A DNA stretch of 63,437 nt, the filler included. It is 13 parts of 13 records of this genome, joined end to end, with 100 filler letters (N's around TTAATTAATTAA, not from the genome) between each part and the next. Parts side by side here need not be neighbours in the genome. Positions count along the whole stretch, not along the records: positions 23,380 to 27,043 come from SRR7504441_10295; positions 27,144 to 31,215 come from SRR7504441_10298; positions 31,316 to 35,200 come from SRR7504441_10300; 10 more parts are not named here. One strand, written 5' to 3'. Under the pieces are notes generated by a model that was not told the origin of the DNA, made no database searches, and was given only the letters and a program-made list of their open reading frames with translations. A program made the position numbers and the translations under genes. This document shows positions 23,380 through 35,300 of this stretch, piece by piece. How positions within the stretch are numbered: position 1 is the first letter of the stretch; the number at the start of each line of letters is the position of its first letter.

Positions 23380-26300
23380 GAGTGCAGACCACTGCCCTGC
23401 CGCGAGTGCCGACTCTTCTTGGCTGTGCCTCGAGGGGACATTGTCCTGCTGCTTTCCAGCAAATCATGGATGCCAAGCCCTCCGAGACCATCAAGCTGTG
23501 AGTTCTGATTATGCTCGGCCAAAAAAGTCATCTGCTCCTGCCAATGCTTCTGATTCTCTTCGCGGGGTAGCTTGAACGCTGTGGTCATCACAAATGCGGG
23601 CGTCACATCCTCTGAGTGGTGCCCGTATGGCTCTCTGACATTGCAGCTCGCTATCTCCCTGTACTGTGGCTCTTCTGTGGAAGACACGGAATCTGTTTCT
23701 ATACACCGCATGGTGAGGCTTTGCACCGTAAGCATGGAAGAGGCAGAGCAGCTCTTTCCAGGGTTGAAACTCTGGGCCTCATACATGAGTTGAGGCGTTG
23801 AAAACAAAACATACCACCAACAACGGGCAGGCTTCTGACGGACAGCTACCACTGCATTAATTGATTGAATGTCCACTTCGGTGACACTGTAGTGGAGCAC
23901 CTTCTCTGGTGGCTTTGCCATTTTCATAAACTGACTATCCCCCTGAGTCACATCTCTTAATCTGATGAACACCGGATCTAGCATATTTGAGAAGGTCACG
24001 CCGGCCTGAACAGATACCTGCACTTCTTCAATAGACATATCACACTCTATCCTTTCCAGGAAGACTTTGTTATGATGATAGAACTTCGTATTTCCATGCT
24101 TCTGGTCGCTGAATAGCCTGCAACTTTGATAGGTGAGAGCGCTCAGTTGTATATTTGCCTTCTCTTGCTGGCCCTGTCTATACGGGTGTGAAGCCTGGGT
24201 AGAAATCTTTACAGAAATGGGCGAGACGAGGAGGTAGATATCATTTTGCATGCCACGCGGACCAAAGACCTCCAAGCTCAAGTCGTCAAAAGAGAGCTGG
24301 ATGCAATCGTGATCTGTCGTAATGTGGGAATGACTTGCCAATCCGTGGTACTGGATCGCATCAGTGATGTCTGAATCATACATCAATGCAGGAATTGTCA
24401 CCTCTGCCCCGGAAATCTGCCAGATGACATACAAGTCCATAGGATTAAACTTTTCACTTTGAGTTTCGTGCAATAAAGCGGCCACCGCACCTTCCGCATT
24501 CACATTCCTAGAGTTATTTTCTATGTAGTCCTGGTACGAAATCAATCCATGCCGTGCACTTCCCATGTAATTGTCCCACCAGTGAAGCAAATAGCAGATC
24601 AAGTCACCCTGAGCCACACTCTTGAGCTGACCCATCTGGACTACAACATCAAGCCTATCTGTGAACTGCATTTTCCCCTTTTGGTGCTGAGTATGATACG
24701 TTGCTCCCATTCGAATCTCAAATGTACCGAGCTGAAGCAAAGGAACAAGCCCCTGCTGTGCATGCCTGGCTCGAGCAGCCGCGCACGTAAGAGGGAATTG
24801 CACAGACCAATGGACCCCCCCAATGCATTTGAGTTCGTATGCACTCTTGGTTTCATTGCGGACAATCAGTGAGCTCCTGGGTAGTTGCACAGTGGCTTCC
24901 ATGAGTGAACCCTCCACTACAAGCATCACATCGGTGGCAGCGGCTGGTGTACGCCCCCAATCCTTCATCTTATGCAACACATTGTCTGAATTGGCGTTCA
25001 TTCGGATCGCATAGTCTCGAAGCCGTACCGCAGCCGAGGTATGCTGCGGGCAAAACCTCTTTGCATCAGGGAACGGCCCTTGGCTTAGATCAGCAAGCAG
25101 CTCTGTGATCATTTTGCGGTGCTCACTCAGGAAGCACATGTAGACCTGACCCAGATCGATATCCCAACTCTTGCGATACAACTGATTCCATTTAAGCGGG
25201 TATGTTTGTTCGTATTGGATTCGCCCGCCAGTAGCCTCAAGGAACACACCTGGCGGACGGAGCTGCTCATCCCCAGATAATACCACAAACCGCCGCTGCC
25301 AGCGCAAATCCTGCTGAGCCGAGCTCGAAAGCACCAGCTTCTGGGCTGGGTTCGCAGCATCGTTGCTCAGGTCTAGAGAGTAGGTGGCAGCACATGGCTG
25401 CTCCGGAACCAGCACCCATGGCAATTCGACAGAAATAAGTGACAACTTCCCAAGCGCAATCCCAAAATATCCCAAGCGCTGCCTTCTTCCCATTGCAGCA
25501 GGTCGCAAGAAGGGGATTTTGATTCTCGGTGTGTCGCCTTCGAACCTCATGGTGAGCTGCACCCCTGATTCTGGCAGTGGTGCACCAGCCACAGCACGAA
25601 ACACTTGGCTGTCCTTATACAGGAACGGCTTGAAGAAGTCTTTCAGCTGATAAAGGCTCCGGATCTCAGCAGGGCCAACGGTAAACTGGCTGTCAGTGAG
25701 CACCACCCCTATGTCCACCCGAGGGCTGTGTTCCTTGCTGTACTGCCAGCCTGGAGGCTGAGGTGCGATCCCAACCAGCCGCGAGTGGCGCACCACCATT
25801 GACCTTGCCCGAAGCAGTCGCTCATCCTCCGCGGAGCACTGACTCCGATACTCTTCTGCCTGGTTGTCATCGCCAGAGTCCGAGTCTCCATCCTTGGCAG
25901 GACGGCGGCCAGGTTTGCCAAAAATCACGTTAAGCGTTGTGGCAATCTCGTCCAGAATGTTCCGCTTGGTGGCAGAGAGAGAGGCCCCAAGCTTCTCGGA
26001 AAAGCTCCTCTCCGGCCGCTGCTCCGATTGCTGGCTGGCCTCGGTGAACTCTAGGTTGTCGATCAAGGTGAGGTTAGTCCGCTCCAGCCTAACGTCCCAC
26101 TGCTGCACAAACTGCCCCAGCTCGCCATCGGCGCCGGCCCGCAGCCTGCTGTAGCCTACCACCTCGTCAGCTCGGAACAGCAGTGCGGTCTGCAGCGTGT
26201 GGTTGCCCACAAACAATCGGATCAGCTGCCCGGAGAACCCGACCACAGGGAACAGCCACTGGAACCAGCTCAGCTCCCAGGCAAGATCCAGCTCAGCTGC

Positions 26301-26888
26301 CAGCTGCTCGGCGGGCAGCTCCACTGCGGCGCTCTCATTGTTGTTGAGCCGCGTGCATTGCTCCATTTGGTCATACACCTATTCGCAGTCAGCTGGCCGG
26401 CGCGGCAGCCGGCCGCGCACCGGGCTCGCGTTGAACAGAACCACCTTGAGGCCGACCACGTCCACGAATAGACGCTCGTCGGCGCTGTTCCCGCTCGCCC
26501 ACCAGCGGAGCACGCAGCACACGCTGATGGCTGTCACCGAATAGTCCTGCCCCGGCTGGCCAGCAGTCGGGGCGGGCGGTTGCCTTGCTGGTGTAGTTAA
26601 CATTCTCGAGGGTGAAGCGTCCACCGAGCAGCGCTATCTGTATCGAGCCTGCCCCGCGTGCGCCGGCAGCGCCAGGGGAGCCAACCGATGGTAATCACGG
26701 AGCTGCCGTCGGCGTACGCGTTGATGAGCAGCTGACAGAGCCAGGCGAGCAGGTTTGAAGAGAAGTGCACATAGAAGATGATCAGGATGGCCACAAACAG
26801 GCTGTACACGAGAAAATCCACCGGGAAATTCGCCGAATCCTGCCCCGCTGCCCTCCCCCCGGGTGCACATTCTGTAGAGCACCTGCAT
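23380..26888 (-). CDS. BLTP1: Bridge-like lipid transfer protein (KIAA1109/Tweek/Csf1 family), 5' part
   Basis: N-terminal TM (FLVYSLFVAILIIFYVHFSSNLLAWL), VLRWW and GLKVVLFNAS..YDQ segments resemble the Csf1/KIAA1109 N-terminus. A long beta-rich ORF 23328..26378 runs off the contig. Confidence 0.7.
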
Positions 26889-27143
26889 GCTGCGACCCCC
26901 GCGGCGGCTCCGCTACCCGAGCGGCCAGTTGCCTAACTCCACCAGCTGACACACACTGCGTGAGCCCGCGTCACCAAACGGTCAGCCGCACCGTCTCCTC
27001 GCCCGCACACCACTGGCCATCGTCACCACCGGCGCAGCCACCGNNNNNNNNNNNNNNNNNNNNNNNNNNNNNNNNNNNNNNNNNNNNTTAATTAATTAAN
27101 NNNNNNNNNNNNNNNNNNNNNNNNNNNNNNNNNNNNNNNNNNN

Positions 27144-30100
27144 CTATGCAGCCACCACGTTTGGAGTTCCAGTTGCGTTTGTAACAGGCATGGATGAACC
27201 TCTGTGAAAAGAGGTTGAAGACAGGGTACTCGGCTGCTGTCTCCTTGGACCCAGCCATAGTCACGATGGTCTGTGTGAATGTCTTGAGCACTTGCACTCC
27301 AACCTCGGTGACATCCTTGGCTTCTGATGTAAGCACTTGCTCAAGAGCAGCTAGGAACATATGGTGCGACAGTACTCCAGTGTTGACGTGCTCGAGTGGC
27401 GAGCCACAGGTCATGTACAGCAGTGCAAAGTGGCGAGCGACTTCGTCTGCAAGCTGGGCTGCATTGGCCTGGCGGGAGACCTTCAGGGTGGGGTCTGCAG
27501 CTGCAGTGAACAGTGCTGCAATCAGCTGCTGCAAAGTGTTGTGCTCTTCTGCCAAGTGCTCCTTGGTTTTCTTTGCACCGCGTGAGTCATCCTCCAGGTC
27601 CATGGCCACCGTGCCACTGGTAAGGCAGAAGCCAGCCCCGGCCTCATCTGCAGACACAGGCATCCGCCCATCGATATAAGATGACAGTGCAGTCATGCAG
27701 TCTTCACCATTCAGGAGGACTAGCAGTGTTGTGTGCAGAAATGCATGCGCTTGAATCTTCATGTGAGGATCGTCAGAACCATACCCGCCACTCTTGGCTG
27801 GGGTCATCATGATCTCAGCCACCTTGTGAATTGCAGAATCGAGGGGCACTGAACACATTTTGTCCCCATCAAAGCCTAGCTCAATCTTCAGATGCGAGTG
27901 AGGACACTCCTCCCATGTTACTGGGAGGGGCTGAGCTAAGAACCTTCGATTGCGGGACCCAAGCTTGCCCAGAATTCTGAGGGCCTGGGGGCCGGTCTGT
28001 GTGTTGGGCTGCACGAACCCCCAGAGAGTCAGCATCAATTGTGTGCGCATACCCGAACCCGAGATCAGCGAGTAGAGGAACTCAGGGTTGAGCTGATCAA
28101 TCCAAGACTCTAGAGTGTTCAAGCCGAGCATGATCAACTCGCCTTGTGATTTGAGCGCAACCACAAGTGGCTCCATCAGCAAGTGTAGATTAGGCAACAG
28201 TGACGAGAGTCTCGCTGGGATAGTCAAGCAGAGCTCTACAAACAGCTCACGCAGAGTCTGATTGTGGGCACCATTCTGCAGCCGGATGAGAGAGTTGAGC
28301 AGCTCTGGCAGCAGTGGCAAGAACTCTTTGTACAGTCCCTCAAATTTGATTCCTTCAATCGACTTGAACAGAGCTCGCAGAAGATAGAAGAAGTTGGATG
28401 GGTCTTTCACTTCCGTGGAGAGCCGAAGGCAGTTAGTGATGATGGCACGCAGGTGGCTGCGAAGCACCACCTCATTCTCGGGAAAGAGGTTGACAGAGCC
28501 AAACAGCATCTTGCACAAACGAAGCGGCACTGCAGAGTCTTTCTCACTCTCTGAGAGGACTGCTAATCGTCCAATCACAAAGCTGAGTAGGATGTCAGCA
28601 AAATACTTGGACACATTTGAGTTTGCTAGGAAATGCTGGGCAATTACGATGAGACCATTCACCTTGACAATATGGTCGAAAAGATTCTCCATCTGGGTAC
28701 CAACCACCTCCCTAAAGTTGTGCATTTCAAGCACTGTGAAAGCGGACGAGAACAAGTCAAGCAGATCTTTACGCTCACCAGAGAATGTTTGCGTTGCCTG
28801 CGCAATGAGCGGTCAGATTCAGTTCTTTAGGGTATGAGACGCACCTGCTGCTCGTCATTCAAGTCAACATAGAGCAGAATGAAACATTCCAGTCCGTCTT
28901 CAAAGAACTGTGACACCATTGCACACTCCTCTTCATTCATTCCCTTCCCAGATGAGGCAGGACGGGTTGCCAGGGACGAGCCAGCAGGGAGCCGCAGGTT
29001 TGAGAGAGACCACAAGATTGTCTTCATGCCCATCACAATGGTCTTGACTAATTGCTTGGCGTCCTTGATCAAGTCAGCCACCTTTTGTTCTGAAATGGTA
29101 GCTTTGCACGAAGTTGGGACAAGCCCGCATGCAGAGACCAACGACGGTCCATGCTTTGGTAGGTCCTTTTGGGCTTTTAGTAAGGACACAATCAGCGCCT
29201 TTACAGTGTGCATCTTGGTGATGAAAGCAAAGTAAACCTTTGTGAGCAGCAGTCGGCCTTTGCCGTCATTGGTGTTGTTGTGGTAGATGTTTTCTACCAT
29301 TGATAGAAGAAGACGGACTGATGCAATCTGCAGCACACACTCAGACCATACCTTCAGAGAATGGCTAACTCGCCTGGATGCCCAGAGTGAGAGTGTGATC
29401 GTGGATATTGCGTGAGAAGAGGTACACTACCCTCGAGAGTTGAGCAATCGAAAGCTTGTCTCTAACATCATGCACAAGGTCTGCCAGTGTCGAATACGCC
29501 AGTGACCGCAAGGTCTCAAAGCAAGTCCGCCCGCTGCCAATCAGCACCTGCTCGTTGAGCAGGTGATCGATCTTGGAGAAGAAGCCCATCCTGAAGTCGG
29601 TTTGCAAGATGTGCCTAGTGGCCACAAGAAGTTCCCTACGCATACTGACCGACTCCGAAGGGCAGTTCATCAGCAGCTGGATCACAGATACAGTGATCGA
29701 ATCGCGGTATGGCTGCATCATTTCCGCGAATGACCTGAGATGGTACGTGATATAGTACAAAGTCTTAACCTGCCGCTGGCTCAGCACTTTCGGACTAGGG
29801 ATGCTCTTGCCTGGGCTGCCATAAAGTCTGCAAATTTATCCTTGTGATTCTTAGCAGCCATCGTTGGAGGCTGTAGAGAGAGTGCCGTGACCATCACGGG
29901 CGTCAGCTGCGACATGTTGGGATGCACAAAGCGAGGATACAGCTGAAAGAGCAGGGTGACAATCAGAGGGCATTCAGTCAGCACTTTGAACGATTCTGTG
30001 GATCGGGCTAGCGTCACTGACTGGCTAGTCGGCTGATTTGGCCTGATTGGCGTCATCTGTGGCGACAGCTTTTGCGACTGTGGTGTGGGTGCAGGTCCAG

Positions 30101-31020
30101 CTTGTGCTGCCTGGGCAGGAGTCGCCGGTGCTGCAGCATTCGCTGGTGTTGCTGTGGCAGCTTTCTGACCAGCAGCAGCCATAGGCGAAGGCGTGGCTAG
30201 AGCAGTGGTGTTCTGGGCTGCCCCCCCGGCTGCAACTGCAGCGGTGGCTTGTTGCTGCTGGGCTTGCTGGCCAAGAACTCGTTCCACATTGGGCTTGAGC
30301 TCTCGGTAGATCTTTTGGACAAAATCAAGGAAAGGCTGAACCTGAAACTCACAGAGTCGGACCCCGGCAAGCGACAAGCTCGTGACAGCACACAATAATC
30401 AACTAATCAGCTGGGTGCGCACCTCGTTCTGTAGGGCCGGGCGATAGTTCTTGTGCAGCTCAAAGATAATCCGAAGGCATATCACCGCGTTTGGCTCGTT
30501 GTCGGTCTCGAGCAAGCTCATCGCCAGCCTGATCAGCTCAAGCGCATACGGCCGGAGGCACTCGTTCTGCCCCGGTCCGCTCAGAGCCAGGCTCAGGAAG
30601 CGCCCTCGCCTGATTCGGGGACTGGGAGGGAAGCCGATTCAGGATCTCGAGAAGGATGTTCCGAGTCTTTTGCTCGGTGCTGTCCACAAACCTGCACCAA
30701 ACGCCCTTTCAGTTGAGCCTGTGGGGGTGCGTGCGCTCGCGGGGGGGAGGGTCACTCGGGTTTGCCGGATTTGAGCGTCTGCAGGAACACTGGGACCATC
30801 CGATTGAGAAAGTTGCCATATTCGCTGGTATGCACGATCTCGATCTTGTCCCGGATTTCTGGCCAGCCAGCCGATCGGACCACGTCGCAGCCACGGGCCA
30901 GGGGCGCTTGGCCGAGGGGGGGGGGGAGGCACCTGTGGCAAGCTTGAGACGCACATCGGAGGGAAGATCGAGCTGGGTGAGTTGGGTCGCGAAGCGCTCA
31001 AAGTCGCTGGTCCCAATCAT
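27144..31020 (-). CDS. TRRAP: Transformation/transcription domain-associated protein (TRRAP/Tra1), 5' part, 7 introns
   Basis: EIRDKIEIVHTSEY, ILLEILNRLP, ETDNEPNAVICLRIIFELHKNYRP, SFKVLTECPLIV, RRELLVATRHIL, LAYSTLADLVH, LFVELCLTIPARLSSLLP, LGKLGSRNRRFL. Confidence 0.95.
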
Positions 31021-31537
31021 CGGCCTCGCATCCTCCGCTGATTGACACTGAGGCTCGGTCGGGCGAATACACTCGGCGGCCTTGTTGCTGTCAACGGAAC
31101 TTGCACTTGCTTGGTGTAATAATGTACGAAGAGTTTACGAGTAGCTTCGTGTACAGTACGTATACAGTACAGTACATGTACCGTAGTTTCACCTATTTAA
31201 GACCCTCATTTTTTANNNNNNNNNNNNNNNNNNNNNNNNNNNNNNNNNNNNNNNNNNNNTTAATTAATTAANNNNNNNNNNNNNNNNNNNNNNNNNNNNN
31301 NNNNNNNNNNNNNNNTATGATGTTATTTTTTTATTGCGTAGTTACTAACTTGTACACATTGGTTAGTTTATGTGCCGAGCATTTATTAAAGCTCGACTAT
31401 GGAACTAGGGCCCAGAGGTTCGGCTAATTCAGCTGATAGCGAGCCGAGGCTCGTTGTCCGTTAAAAAAGCTGTCGATGCAGGATAGTAACCGGTGCTGCT
31501 GCGTCGTGACAGCGCTGCTCCGACACACACAGAGCAC

Positions 31538-32128
31538 ATGGGCACAGTGCTCGGGCGCATCTCGGTAGAGCAGCCAACCTACAAGGAGGTGGCGCACAAT
31601 CTCGGCGCGGGTGCTCAGCTCCGGCAGTATGGAAGGCAGTGCAGGGCGCGCGTGGCTCTGGCCTCGGGCGGCCGCTCGGCCCAGTTCCGGACTCTGGCCA
31701 ACTACATCGGGGCGTTCGGCACCCCAAAGAACTCTGGCGGCCGGGCGGTCGCCATGACGGCGCCCGTGGTGAGCCAGCCGCCGCAGGCTATCGCTATGAC
31801 GGCGCCAGTGATATCTGGCGGGGGCGCGGCGATGGAATTCGTGTTGCCCGAGGAGATCAGCATAGAAACCGCCCCAAAGCCGACGGACCCGAGCGTGGAG
31901 CTGGTGGACGTCCCGCCCCGGCTGGTCGGAGTGCTCTCGTTCAGCGGCTCGGCAGATCTCGAGACTGTGGACGGCAAAGCCGATGCCTTCGTCCAGCGAC
32001 TTCTGGAGGCTGGCTTTAAGCCGAAGGACGAGGCCAATCCGTGGCAGCTAGCGCAGTACAATCCGCCGTACACGCTGCCGTGCCTGCGCTCTAACGAGAT
32101 CTGGTGCGAGGTGACGTCAAACGCATGA
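31538..32128 (+). CDS. SOUL/HBP haem-binding protein
   Basis: MGTVLGRISVEQPTY, FRTLANYIGAFGTPKN, repeated (I/V)AMTAPV, MEFVLP, AQYNPPYTLP..RSNEIW. Confidence 0.9.
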   Translation: MGTVLGRISVEQPTYKEVAHNLGAGAQLRQYGRQCRARVALASGGRSAQFRTLANYIGAFGTPKNSGGRAVAMTAPVVSQPPQAIAMTAPVISGGGAAMEFVLPEEISIETAPKPTDPSVELVDVPPRLVGVLSFSGSADLETVDGKADAFVQRLLEAGFKPKDEANPWQLAQYNPPYTLPCLRSNEIWCEVTSNA

Positions 32129-32359
32129 GATGTTACACTCTCACGATGAAGCGCTACTCCAATTTACATACTCATAGGTGATCATTCTAAGGTGATCATT
32201 GATCATCACATATGATGATCCGTTGTACATTACAAAGAGATAACGTAGGGTCTATTAGTGAGTATGAGTACTTAGTTTTACTTAGAATTTGATGACAATA
32301 GTCTAATGTTCCGTACCGTATACAATCAACGCTTGCTAGGCTCTGCCAGGCAGGCCAAT

Positions 32360-35200
32360 TCACGGGCTCCTTGGACTCCTAGAATTCATTTTAGCCCGAA
32401 CCCTTGCCTCGGATTCCTTGAGCAGCCGCTGCTTGATTTGCTCATGTGTCTCTGGGCCGGGCGGACTGGCCGGCGGGCTCTGTGTTGAACTCTCAACAGG
32501 CTGCTCAGCGGGTTGTGTGCTGCTCGTGGCTTCGTCTTCGGTTTTTCTCGGAGTCCGAACTCGTCTGGTTGGAAATCCGACCCGCGGCGAGGCCCGTGGG
32601 CTCATTTTTACTGGGGTTGCCTTGTTGCCTTGACTGGTCGCAGCCGGCAGCTCAGCAGGCTTGATCGGTGTGACTTCAGGTTTGGATGCTTGAGTGCTGT
32701 CGGTGTGATCCGGGGTCCGGGCGAGCTGTACAGGTGCCACAGCGGCCTGCACACTCGTTGGCTCGCTCGCTGGCTCCGAGACCGGTTGGGGCTCAGCTTG
32801 TCGAGGCGTGCGAACCCTCCTGCTGGGGAATCCAACGCGGGGTGAAGCCGCTGGTGAAGCCCTCGGGCTTTCCTTGACAGAAGTTGCAAAGGCTTGCTGT
32901 GGCATTTTGAGTGCAGGCACTGTCACGCGAGCTGGCTCGTGGGCTAGTTTGGCAGTTTGTGGAGCCGGCGCGGTCACTCTAGCGATAGGTGAGCTTGTGG
33001 GCTGCTCGGCAGCAGGGCCTGCGCTTAGTTCCTCAAACTGTCTTGGTGTCCTCCTGGATCTGCTCGAAGGGAATCCGACCCGTGGCGAAGACCTCGGGCT
33101 CGGCTGGACAGCAGCATCGACTGCCGGAGTGGACTGCTTACTCTGCCCATCCGAGATAGGCGCGCCTGGCTCGTCTGATCCCTCAATTTGGGCTGGCGGT
33201 CCAGGGCTTGGCTCTGGCTGGGCCTTAGGTGGTTCAGGGCTCCGGAACCAACTGTTTTGAGAGGGTGGTGGTGCTGTTTTCCTTTCGATGGCCTCTGGAG
33301 GAGAGCGCGCAGGGTCATCGATAGAAGAGTCGCGCTTTTCATCGCTGGCGATCGATGCTGGCGCCATACTCTCGTGCTTAGCCAGCAGGGACGTGGTAAT
33401 TTCTTGCTCTTGTGAGGATCCTTTGAACCAGCTGCCTAAGTCCATAGCCTGACTGGGCCTGCCGTTGGGTGGAGACTGGCCATTTGCCTGCGGCTGAGGA
33501 GCTGGACGCGCGCTCGGGATCTCTACCGGCTCAGCTGACTGATCTGCACTTGCTTCGTCAGGCAAGCGGTCGATCACCAAACCAAGCGCCTTGGCCCTTG
33601 CACCCTTGTCAAACGGCTCCACGGTCAGCCGATGCAATGTCGCCAGTGAGTGGAGCTGCTCCACTGGCCCGGTATACTCGAGAGCGTCGTCCTTGCTGCT
33701 GGTGCTCCATCTGACTTGGCCGAGGAGTGTGTTGCAGCACAGGAAAAGCAGCCAGAACATGCGAACAGTGTCACAAGTGGCCGCTGCCAGCGACTCAACC
33801 TGGTCCAATGCGCTCAGCATCGCTTCGATCTGAGACAGGTCGAAAAGCAGTTGGTCGGCAGCGCTGGCCACCCACTGGGCCACTGCATCCAGATACCAGG
33901 CCTGCCCGATAAGCATACCCAGGTGTGCGTCGGTCAAGTGCTGCGAGCCCGTGTGCCTCAATATCTCATACATGGTGTCGTGCAGCTGTTCGAAGCAGGC
34001 ATCGTCGTCTGCCAGCTCCAGACTCTCTGTCGCTACTCGCCATAGTAAGTGCATGCCAATGAGCTGATCCGTCTCAATAGACACGATCTGGGTTGGATCA
34101 TCACACTCACTGCGGGCATCCCCCGTCACAGTCACTGCACCACTCCGCAAATTCTGGCTGAGGAAGACGGTCTGCATCATTTGAGCCGTGGCGGGCGTCG
34201 CTGAGGCAAACGACGGCACACGCACCAGCGCCGCGACGGCTGCATTCAGCTGTGATCGGTCGAGGATGGTGCAGATCTCACAAACCCACTCAGCGAGCTC
34301 GGTCACGCGCCAGTGGCAGCTCAGCAGCTGGGCGATGTACGCTCCGGTCAGCAGATCAGAGCCTGTGAACAGCAATATCCCCAGCTGCAGCTGAGCCAGT
34401 TCCTTAAACTGCCCATATTCCTTCCGTTCCAGCAGCTTCGGGGTGTGCCATGTCACCAGCTGCGCAAGCTCGGGTCCGGATCCCCGAAGCCACCGAACTG
34501 AACCGGCGGTGCCAGCGCTCACCATAACTGAAATTAGTTGCAGCACAGCGCTCCAGCTCCGAGGCGTTGCCGTGCTATGCTTGTCCAGGCAGTCATCCAG
34601 CCAGATCAGCGCCTCGGTCCCGTAGTAGTCCCAGGCCTCGTCCGGCTTGCGGGCCAGCTGCTGGCTCGGTCCGGCCTCCCAGACCGCGACCATCGACTCG
34701 CACAGCTGCTCGGCCCGCTGGTCGGACGAGTTGATCACGGTCCACATCGAACCCGCCACTTGCCACAGCTCGGTTGGGGAGAGGCTGGCCAGCCCGTCGG
34801 TGAACTGCTCACTCTGCAGCCAGCTCAGCTGGTCGTCATACTGCACGTCAGTCGCCCGTTCAAGCACGCTCATGCAGCTGCATATTGCAGACAGCTGCGC
34901 CGACGGCTCACCAGACAGCCAAAGTCGTTGGGCCATCGCCAGCGTGGTGCCAACTGACTGCTCAGCTGGCTCGATCATCAGCTGGCCGGCCTGGGTTGCG
35001 GCGTCCTGCCGCGGTGTGCTCGCCCTGCTGGCCATCTGTCGGGAGGCGAGCAGCAGCCTCCTCGCAGTGGGCGGCGCCTCCTGCCCCGGATCTGAGGTGT
35101 GTCCGTGCAATCCGCGGCTGTCCCGCTCCACTGCCAGATTGATTGCCCTCTGCCTCGGGGTCTTGGGCAAGTCACGAGCGGACCGCGGAGTGGCGGCGAC
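32360..35200 (-). CDS. Unknown protein with a helical N-terminal region and a P/S-rich tail carrying three SPRVGFP repeats; probably 5'-truncated
   Basis: The 936-aa ORF stays open to the contig edge; the repeats are visible in translation. Confidence 0.65.
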   Translation of the reverse strand, partial: VAATPRSARDLPKTPRQRAINLAVERDSRGLHGHTSDPGQEAPPTARRLLLASRQMASRASTPRQDAATQAGQLMIEPAEQSVGTTLAMAQRLWLSGEPSAQLSAICSCMSVLERATDVQYDDQLSWLQSEQFTDGLASLSPTELWQVAGSMWTVINSSDQRAEQLCESMVAVWEAGPSQQLARKPDEAWDYYGTEALIWLDDCLDKHSTATPRSWSAVLQLISVMVSAGTAGSVRWLRGSGPELAQLVTWHTPKLLERKEYGQFKELAQLQLGILLFTGSDLLTGAYIAQLLSCHWRVTELAEWVCEICTILDRSQLNAAVAALVRVPSFASATPATAQMMQTVFLSQNLRSGAVTVTGDARSECDDPTQIVSIETDQLIGMHLLWRVATESLELADDDACFEQLHDTMYEILRHTGSQHLTDAHLGMLIGQAWYLDAVAQWVASAADQLLFDLSQIEAMLSALDQVESLAAATCDTVRMFWLLFLCCNTLLGQVRWSTSSKDDALEYTGPVEQLHSLATLHRLTVEPFDKGARAKALGLVIDRLPDEASADQSAEPVEIPSARPAPQPQANGQSPPNGRPSQAMDLGSWFKGSSQEQEITTSLLAKHESMAPASIASDEKRDSSIDDPARSPPEAIERKTAPPPSQNSWFRSPEPPKAQPEPSPGPPAQIEGSDEPGAPISDGQSKQSTPAVDAAVQPSPRSSPRVGFPSSRSRRTPRQFEELSAGPAAEQPTSSPIARVTAPAPQTAKLAHEPARVTVPALKMPQQAFATSVKESPRASPAASPRVGFPSRRVRTPRQAEPQPVSEPASEPTSVQAAVAPVQLARTPDHTDSTQASKPEVTPIKPAELPAATSQGNKATPVKMSPRASPRVGFPTRRVRTPRKTEDEATSSTQPAEQPVESSTQSPPASPPGPETHEQIKQRLLKESEARVRAKMNSRSPRSP

Positions 35201-35300
35201 NNNNNNNNNNNNNNNNNNNNNNNNNNNNNNNNNNNNNNNNNNNNTTAATTAATTAANNNNNNNNNNNNNNNNNNNNNNNNNNNNNNNNNNNNNNNNNNNN

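Noticed and set aside
27144-31020. Apparent frameshifts and in-frame stops suggesting pseudogenes, recoding or an alternative genetic code
   Set aside because: Every break in TRRAP, MCTS1 and cathepsin C is resolved by a short GT-AG or GC-AG intron that restores conserved sequence under the standard code.
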